Virus record (IMG/VR): IMGVR_UViG_3300036761_003779
Coordinates: 1 to 64,000 of that record
Direction: 5' to 3' (one strand)
DNA length: 64,000 bases
Source of the DNA: a virus
Numbering within the stretch: position 1 is the first letter of the stretch; each line of letters begins with the position of its first letter. The notes under the pieces are model-generated. The model made no database searches and had not been told where the DNA came from. It saw nothing but the letters and a program-made list of their open reading frames with translations. Both the position numbers and the translations under genes were made by a program. Of this stretch, positions 35,440-41,441 are shown piece by piece.

Positions 35440-36678
35440 TCAGACCTCCTCCCCGACGTGGAGCTTCACCTGGCTCAGCGGGATCCCCAGCTTCTCCGCC
35501 TTCCGCCGCCGCTTCTCCTGGATCTCCGCCGCCTTCTTGTCCCAGTGCGCCCGGTCCTCGCCCCAGGCGTCGTTTACCTCGACCGGGGAGGGCGCCTTCC
35601 CGCCTCCCCTGGGTCTATCCAGGGATGCCAGCACGGCCGGGTTCCTCGGGAGGATGTGATACGCAAGACTGACCGGGTGTCCCGCGCCCTCCGCCTTCGC
35701 GAGGATCCCGTCCACCGCGTCCCGCCACCGCTCCCCGGAGGCCCCGAGGTGAAGCTCCGTGTAGTTCCGGCAGGTCCTGGCGACGCGCAGCTCGTAGGCG
35801 GAGTCACACGGGGCGAAGGCCGGGTCCTCCGATCCCCGGGCCTCCCGATAGCGGCAAACCCAATACCCGACCAGGTCCGCGTCCCGCCAGTTGGAGGGGT
35901 TCCTCCGGCGCCAGCCGTTCCACTTCGGGCGGGTGGACGGCTCCGGGCGAATCTTATCCGCGTCCTTTATCCGGGCCAGGAGGGAGCGTTCCTCCTCCCG
36001 GAGCTGCTGGACCTCGAGGGAGCCCCCCTCCAGGTTCAGTCCCCGGAGCTTCTCCCGGACCTCCCGGAGTTGATCCCGGAGGGGCCCGCCTCCCTCGGGA
36101 TGTCCCGGGAGACCCGCGGCGTCCGCGGGTCTTTTATCCGGTTCCCCATTTTCTCCGTGCTTATTTCTTATGGGAGGGTCCAGGTGACCCCCCCGAATGA
36201 GCCCGTCGGGGGGGTCCAGGTGACCCCCCGGATGCGCGTTTTCCGGGGGGGTCAAGGTGACCCCCCCGTTCGCGGGCGGTTCGACCGCGCTCGCCTCGTC
36301 CCCCGGCTCGACGCGGAGGGTGACGCGGCCGCGCTTCAGGTACGCCCTCCCGGCCTCCGCCGCCTGCGTCGGGAGGAAGGTCTCGACGTCCACCACCGTC
36401 GTCCCGCGTCCGTTCCGCCGGTGCGTCCGGTGAGCGTAGCCCTTCCGCTCCAGACCGTCGAGCGCCCGCCGGACGTTCCGGCGGTCCTTCCCGAGCCAGC
36501 TCCCGACGTTCTGCATCGACGGCTGATCCCCGCTCATCTCCACGTTCTCCCGTCCGTGGAAGGCAATGAAGACCAGTTTCTCCGCGTCCGTCAGGTCCGG
36601 GGCGCAGAGGACCGCGCGGCATGCTACGAAGAAGTAGTAAGAATCCTTATTACTTACGTCAATAGTACGCTCAGACAT
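35440..36678 (-). CDS. Phage replication initiator (N-terminal winged HTH)
   Basis: LTDAEKLVF..PSMQ..G.DRRNVRRALDGLERKGY; upstream of DnaC/DnaB; contains iterons. Confidence 0.75.
   Translation of the reverse strand: MSERTIDVSNKDSYYFFVACRAVLCAPDLTDAEKLVFIAFHGRENVEMSGDQPSMQNVGSWLGKDRRNVRRALDGLERKGYAHRTHRRNGRGTTVVDVETFLPTQAAEAGRAYLKRGRVTLRVEPGDEASAVEPPANGGVTLTPPENAHPGGHLDPPDGLIRGGHLDPPIRNKHGENGEPDKRPADAAGLPGHPEGGGPLRDQLREVREKLRGLNLEGGSLEVQQLREEERSLLARIKDADKIRPEPSTRPKWNGWRRRNPSNWRDADLVGYWVCRYREARGSEDPAFAPCDSAYELRVARTCRNYTELHLGASGERWRDAVDGILAKAEGAGHPVSLAYHILPRNPAVLASLDRPRGGGKAPSPVEVNDAWGEDRAHWDKKAAEIQEKRRRKAEKLGIPLSQVKLHVGEEV
36172..36267. repeat. Three iteron-like repeats GGGTC(C/A)AGGTGACCCCCC, putative replication origin
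   Basis: Spacing 36 and 37 bp; quasi-palindromic; adjacent AT-rich tract at 36130-36171. Confidence 0.7.
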
Positions 36679-37096
36679 TGTAGCCCTCCGCCCGGAAGCG
36701 TCTGGTGGCCTCCTCGATGATCTCCCGCCGCGCCAGGGAGTGCGCCGGCGCAATCCGGTGGTCCTCCGGGATCCTCACCCGCAGGTCTACCTTCGTCCCC
36801 CTCTTCTCGTAGGTCCGCCGCACGAACCCACGCTCCACCAGCCGCCGGATCGCCCGAGCGGCGGTCGCTCGGGAGATTCCCAGGATGGAATAGAGGATCC
36901 CCATCCGGAACTCCGGCCCGGCAAGGTAGGAGATCCCGAGGTACACGATGCGCTCCGTTGGGGTCAGCTCGACGTCCAGGAGGATCGGGAGCGGCGCCGG
37001 GACGGACTCGTACTCCCCCGGGTCCGTGACGTCGAACCGACGCGGGGTGACGTCCCCCCGCAGGAGCAGGTCGACGACGGTGAGTTTTTCTCTCAT
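36671..37096 (-). CDS. Winged-HTH protein
   Basis: LTPTERIVY..LGISRATAARAIRRLVERGFV. Confidence 0.7.
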   Translation of the reverse strand: MREKLTVVDLLLRGDVTPRRFDVTDPGEYESVPAPLPILLDVELTPTERIVYLGISYLAGPEFRMGILYSILGISRATAARAIRRLVERGFVRRTYEKRGTKVDLRVRIPEDHRIAPAHSLARREIIEEATRRFRAEGYNV

Positions 37097-37166
37097 CTTG
37101 AACCACCTGTAGAGTTTTGAAACCGGAACCTAGTCCAGTCTTAGACGGATCTGAAGTAGGATGCGC

Positions 37167-39941
37167 TCAGGACAGTCGGCGGAACGGGAGGGCGCGGATC
37201 CGCGCCTGGAAGAACCGCCCCTTGCTCCCCGCCGCGAGTAGCTCCGGGAGGAGCGGCCCGGCGCCCGGGTAGACGTACTCGGCGCCCTTCCTGAACCGGA
37301 CGAGGAGGTCCTCCCCGTCCCGGCGGACCGCCGCGAGGTTCTCGCTCTCGACCGCGACCCAGCCGCCCGCCGCCGACGCCGGCCCGGGCTCAGCCTCCAG
37401 CCCCCGGAGCAGCTCCGGCGTCAGCTCGACCCGCTCCCCGGCCCGCTCCGAGAACCAGGCCCGGTGCGGCGCCTGGACCGCGTTCCGGATGGCCCGGGCG
37501 TGCGACCGGAGCGGCCGGACGAGGCGGTCCCAGAAGTAGAAGTACACGGCGTCGACCTTCCCCTCGTGCCGACGCTTGAGGCGCCCGACCTGCTGCGTGA
37601 ACCGCCCCGGGTTTGCCGCCGCCGGCGTCATGCCGAAGCCGCGGTCGAGCCGCTTCACGTCCATCCCCTCGTCCGCCACCGTCGTCCCGACCGCCACGCG
37701 GAGGGTCCCGTCCTCGAGCCCCTCCGCCGTCCGGTCCTGCTCCTTCGCGTCCCGCCCGCCCATGAGGCGCCCGGCGTGGACGCCCCGCCGCTTCAGCCAC
37801 GCCTGGATCTCGAGGCACATCTCCCGGCGGTCCGCGAGGAGGAGGCACGTCCGCCCGGCGGCGATCTCCGGGAGGAGGTACTCGAGGACCCGCGCGCGCC
37901 GGCGCTCGTCCCGCGTGGCCGCGTCGAGCATCTCCGCGTAGGTGTTCAGCGGCCCCGCAAAGTGGGTCTCCTTCGCCCAGCGGCGGACCGCCGCCGTCCC
38001 CGTCTCCCGCTCCAGCCGCTCGAAGCCGGCCGCCTCCAGCTCCGCCTCCCGGTTCAGGTCGAAGGCGAAGTCCGTCGGGACCACGACCACGTCCACGGGG
38101 ACGATGCGGTTGAAGCGGTCCAGGTCCTCGTCCCGGATCTCGAAGAGGACCCGCGGCCCGCGCGCCGTCCCGCCGCCCCGCTTCGGGACGTACTCGACCC
38201 CGAAGGCGTCGAAGAACAGCGGCTCCTTCTTGTCCCGCCGGTGCGGCGTGGCGGTGGCCGCCAGCCGGTTCCGAGCCGGGAATAAACTGATACATTCCGA
38301 GAACGTAGACGCGGCGCAATGGTGCGCCTCGTCAAGTATCAGCGTCCCCCAGCGGTTCACCCAGCCCGGGTCCGCCTTGACCTTGTTCAGGACGGAGCGG
38401 ATCATCCCGACGATCAGGTCCCCGTCCCGCTTCTCCCGCCCGTAGAGGACACCGATCCGCCGCTCCGGGACGGAGAACCGCGCCGCCGCCTTCCCCACCC
38501 ACTGCCGGAGGATCCGCTCCGTGTGGCAGAGCACCAGCGTCCGCTCCCCGAGGTCCGAGATGGCCTTGAGCAGGATCTCCGTCTTCCCGGAGTTGTGATG
38601 CCAGAGACCTCCGGCCCAGTAGTTCCCAAAGACCGGGACGTTGAAGTCAAAGTACGGCTCCGCCGGGACCGCCCGCGCGGAGAGGACCCGGACGAACTCC
38701 ACTGGACCCGGGTTATAGGTCCCTGTTAAGATGGACCCACCTAGAGGTGACTCGGATGAGAGAACGCCAGATGTGGGACAAAGCGCGCCGTCAGCGAGCC
38801 GCGGAGCTGTACCGCTCCGGACTCCTCCTAGAGGAGGTGGCGTCCGCCCTTGGGACGAGTCGGAACCGCGTCCGGGAGGCGCTCCGAACGCTTGGGGTGG
38901 AGGTTCGCCCGACTGCGTTCCAGAAGGGCGGGCTGACCGGTCGGAGGAACCCGAATTGGAAGAGCGATCGCCGGGTGGATGAGGATGGATACGTCCTCCT
39001 TCGGGTCCCGGGACACCCGGACGCAAAGCCGGGGGGATGGGTACTCGAGCACCGCCTGGTGATGGAGGGTCTTCTTGGGCGCCGCCTGACCGCGGAGGAA
39101 GTGGTCCATCACCGAAACGGAGATCGAGGAGACAACCGTCCGGAGAACCTCCAGCCGTTCGACTCCAATGGAGCGCATCTTGCGCATGAGCTTCGAGGGA
39201 GGACGCCGAACTGGACGGAAGGAGGACGCCAACGGACCCTGGACGGCCTGGAGCGGTGGCGTGGAGAGCTTCATAGATCTCACGGGCGGAGAGGAAATGG
39301 TGGCCGTCCCAGAAGAGGTGTCCCGGCCTGACGCGGAAGGTCCCCACCTCCGTCTCGATCTCCACGAGCTGCGCCGCCTCGAACATCACCGGCGGGAGCG
39401 CCGCGGAGACCACGGGACCGTTCGGTCCCATTGCCCAGACGTGGAAGGGCGCGCCCTCCGCCCAGCGCTGGAGGGCGGTTACATCGCTCCCGTCCGTTGG
39501 GTCTCGAATAACGGTAGATCCGTGGATACAAGCGCACGGGCCGACGAGGATGCCGGCGCGCCGGGCGACGAGCGCCTTGGCCGCGCTCCGCTGGTCCGGC
39601 CCCAGCTCCCACTCCGGCGGGCTCCGGTAGACGAAGGGGAGCGGCCCGGTCCCGCGGACCGTCCGGTCCACGGGCTCGATCTCCGCGCCGACCCGCGCCA
39701 GGAGCCGCTGGAGGACGACCCAGCCGCCGCGCGGGAGGAGGAGGTCCTCCCCCTCGTCCAGCACCAGGCTGAGCTTCCGCGGGGTCTCCCCCGTCCAGAA
39801 GCCCATGTTCGACTTCTTCCAGAACTCCGGGTTGTCCACCTCGAACGCCTCCCGGACCTCCCGGAGGGAGAGCCCGGCGTCCTTGGCCGCGCGCTTGCTC
39901 AGGCGGAGGTGGGCGTCGACGACGACCTTCAGCTTGACCAT
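37167..39941 (-). CDS. SF2 (ResIII/XPB-like) helicase with an intein and a C-terminal KTSC domain
   Basis: GPCA|intein|SGKT, LILDEAHH, ATATP.R, EGMD, QQVGR; KTSC-like VESENL..L.VRF..G..Y.Y..SKGRFF. Confidence 0.88.
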   Translation of the reverse strand: MVKLKVVVDAHLRLSKRAAKDAGLSLREVREAFEVDNPEFWKKSNMGFWTGETPRKLSLVLDEGEDLLLPRGGWVVLQRLLARVGAEIEPVDRTVRGTGPLPFVYRSPPEWELGPDQRSAAKALVARRAGILVGPCACIHGSTVIRDPTDGSDVTALQRWAEGAPFHVWAMGPNGPVVSAALPPVMFEAAQLVEIETEVGTFRVRPGHLFWDGHHFLSAREIYEALHATAPGRPGSVGVLLPSSSASSLEAHAQDALHWSRTAGGSPDGCLLDLRFGDGPLPPRSGGAQEDPPSPGGARVPIPPALRPGVPGPEGGRIHPHPPGDRSSNSGSSDRSARPSGTQSGEPPPQAFGAPPGRGSDSSQGRTPPPLGGVRSGTAPRLADGALCPTSGVLSSESPLGGSILTGTYNPGPVEFVRVLSARAVPAEPYFDFNVPVFGNYWAGGLWHHNSGKTEILLKAISDLGERTLVLCHTERILRQWVGKAAARFSVPERRIGVLYGREKRDGDLIVGMIRSVLNKVKADPGWVNRWGTLILDEAHHCAASTFSECISLFPARNRLAATATPHRRDKKEPLFFDAFGVEYVPKRGGGTARGPRVLFEIRDEDLDRFNRIVPVDVVVVPTDFAFDLNREAELEAAGFERLERETGTAAVRRWAKETHFAGPLNTYAEMLDAATRDERRRARVLEYLLPEIAAGRTCLLLADRREMCLEIQAWLKRRGVHAGRLMGGRDAKEQDRTAEGLEDGTLRVAVGTTVADEGMDVKRLDRGFGMTPAAANPGRFTQQVGRLKRRHEGKVDAVYFYFWDRLVRPLRSHARAIRNAVQAPHRAWFSERAGERVELTPELLRGLEAEPGPASAAGGWVAVESENLAAVRRDGEDLLVRFRKGAEYVYPGAGPLLPELLAAGSKGRFFQARIRALPFRRLS
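38703..38751 (+). promoter_or_regulatory. Putative promoter and RBS for the antisense HNH
   Basis: TGGACC-18 bp-TAAGAT with extended -10 TG; GAGGTG before the ATG at 38756. Confidence 0.45.
38756..39331 (+). CDS. HTH-HNH homing endonuclease encoded antisense within the intein
   Basis: N-terminal HTH; G..NPNWK..DGY..EHRLVME..LGR.L...EVVHHRNGDRGDNRPENL. Confidence 0.92.
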   Translation: MRERQMWDKARRQRAAELYRSGLLLEEVASALGTSRNRVREALRTLGVEVRPTAFQKGGLTGRRNPNWKSDRRVDEDGYVLLRVPGHPDAKPGGWVLEHRLVMEGLLGRRLTAEEVVHHRNGDRGDNRPENLQPFDSNGAHLAHELRGRTPNWTEGGRQRTLDGLERWRGELHRSHGRRGNGGRPRRGVPA

Positions 39942-39972
39942 GCGGGGAGGTAGGCGGGATGAGCCGGTGAGC

Positions 39973-40452
39973 TCAGAACTTCTTGGCCTCGACCTGCTCC
40001 AGGGAGGCCGGCGGGGGCTCCAGCTTCGGGAGCCGCCGCGCCGCGGGCTTCGCCGCCGGCGGGAGCCGCCGGACCGGCGCCTCGAGCCGCTCCCGCATTG
40101 CCGGCGTTATGACGCGCCGCGCGGTCGCCAGCTGGAGGACCGCCTTGGTCAGCTCCGCCTGCCCGCGCGCCACCTCGTCCCGGAGCTTCTCCGTCCGCGC
40201 CTCGCAGGCCCGCGCCACGGCGTCCAGGTCCGCCCGGCTCGCCCGGGCCCACTCCTGGAGCTGGGTCACCTGCTGCGCGGACTCCGAGTTGACGGCCCGG
40301 ACCGTGTCCCGGGAGGCCGCCTGGCGGCCCTGGATGGCCGCGAAGGCGCCCGGGAGCGCGGCCAGGAGGTAGGCCAGGACGTAGGCCAGCGGACGTCCCC
40401 AGCGCTGTCCCGCGCGCTGTAGCGCGGTGGTCTCCTCGGAGGGCTCAGGCAT
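39973..40452 (-). CDS. Membrane-anchored coiled-coil protein
   Basis: N-terminal hydrophobic segment followed by a coiled coil. Confidence 0.65.
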   Translation of the reverse strand: MPEPSEETTALQRAGQRWGRPLAYVLAYLLAALPGAFAAIQGRQAASRDTVRAVNSESAQQVTQLQEWARASRADLDAVARACEARTEKLRDEVARGQAELTKAVLQLATARRVITPAMRERLEAPVRRLPPAAKPAARRLPKLEPPPASLEQVEAKKF

Positions 40453-40846
40453 CCTTCTTCTCCGTTGACGCCAGCAGCGCCGGCGTGATGGCCGGGTAGG
40501 CTTCCCCGGTCCGCTTCCTCCGGAGGTCCGAGACCGCCTCCCGGAGGGTCCCCGCCAGGGTCCGGACCCCCTCGGAGGCCCGGCCCGCCAGGTCCGCGGC
40601 TGCCATGGCCCGGACGTGCCCCCGCCTCGACCGGAGCCCGCGCTGCGCGTTGAGCGCCGCCGCGAGCTGCGCCTCCGTGATCATCCCCCGCCGGACCATC
40701 AGCTCCCCCAGGAGTTCGTCCTGCGACATCCGCTTCTGCTCCTCGAGGACCGCCCGGAGGTCCTCCCGCGTCACCGCCTCCATCTTGACCAGGATCATCC
40801 CGATGGAGAAGACCTCCGTGTTGTCCCGCGGGTCCTGCTTACTCAC
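40445..40846 (-). CDS. Stand-alone MshEN-like (T2SSE_N) protein
   Basis: Tandem IGMILVKMEAVTREDLRAVLEEQ and LGELMVRRGMITEAQLAAALNAQ. Confidence 0.7.
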   Translation of the reverse strand: MSKQDPRDNTEVFSIGMILVKMEAVTREDLRAVLEEQKRMSQDELLGELMVRRGMITEAQLAAALNAQRGLRSRRGHVRAMAAADLAGRASEGVRTLAGTLREAVSDLRRKRTGEAYPAITPALLASTEKKDA

Positions 40847-41064
40847 TTGAAGCTCCTCCGGAGTTCCTCCAGCTCCTTCAGCGTGTTGGTCATCGTTCCG
40901 TGGACCTCCGCGCTCTGTTTGACCTGCGCCGTCGCCAGCTCGTAGAGCTTGTCCGAGAGCTGAACGGACCGCCGCCAGAGCGTGGTAACCGCGAGGAGGA
41001 GGGCAACGCAGAGGATGCCCCAGGGGGCACCGGACTTGAGCAGACTCGAGAAGAGTGCATCCAA
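40843..41064 (-). CDS. Small single-TM holin-like protein (BhlA/UviB-like)
   Basis: 73 aa; GAPWGILCVALLL TM followed by a coiled coil. Confidence 0.6.
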   Translation of the reverse strand: MDALFSSLLKSGAPWGILCVALLLAVTTLWRRSVQLSDKLYELATAQVKQSAEVHGTMTNTLKELEELRRSFK

Positions 41065-41190
41065 TTTCGTCTACCTTGCACCTTACAGGTTTCCCTACAA
41101 GAGTAGCGCTGGATCTTCTGAAGGACCGCAGAATTGAGCGGCGAGGGTGAGGTTACCTAGCCGGAGGTCCGGGGGGTTCTGCGCGGCGCT

Positions 41191-41391
41191 CTAGGAATTG
41201 AGCCTGAACGCTTTGACCGCCCTGGCCCTCAGTTCGGCGATGCAGTTGACGCAGAGGGTCGGGGCGGGGGGCGGTCCGGTCCGAACGCAGGCGTGGCACC
41301 CTTCCTTACCGCACTCGCAGACCCGCTTCTCCAGGGCGGACTCGCTCTGGGTTTTGCAGTTTCCGCACTTGTTGTCAGCCCAATTTGGCAT
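41191..41391 (-). CDS. Small Cys-rich zinc-binding protein
   Basis: Four Cys pairs in 66 aa; GAAAGGA RBS. Confidence 0.6.
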   Translation of the reverse strand: MPNWADNKCGNCKTQSESALEKRVCECGKEGCHACVRTGPPPAPTLCVNCIAELRARAVKAFRLNS

Positions 41392-41441
41392 TGGTCACGT
41401 CCTTTCAGATTGCTCTCCGGGACCGGCTCCCGGTCTCCGGG

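Larger units (their letters stand above)
38592..39530 (-). mobile_element. Intein (313 aa) in helicase Walker A, with no in-frame endonuclease
   Basis: CIHGST..., block B PGHLF, block F YFDFNV, GLWHHN followed by +1 Ser. Confidence 0.88.

Noticed and set aside
36172-36267. Possible mini-CRISPR array
   Set aside because: Repeats and spacers are too short, it lies within a CDS, and no cas genes are present; iterons fit better
41065-41190. tRNA, hammerhead ribozyme or c-di-GMP riboswitch
   Set aside because: No T-loop/anticodon cloverleaf and no convincing consensus match; kept only as a generic structured-RNA candidate
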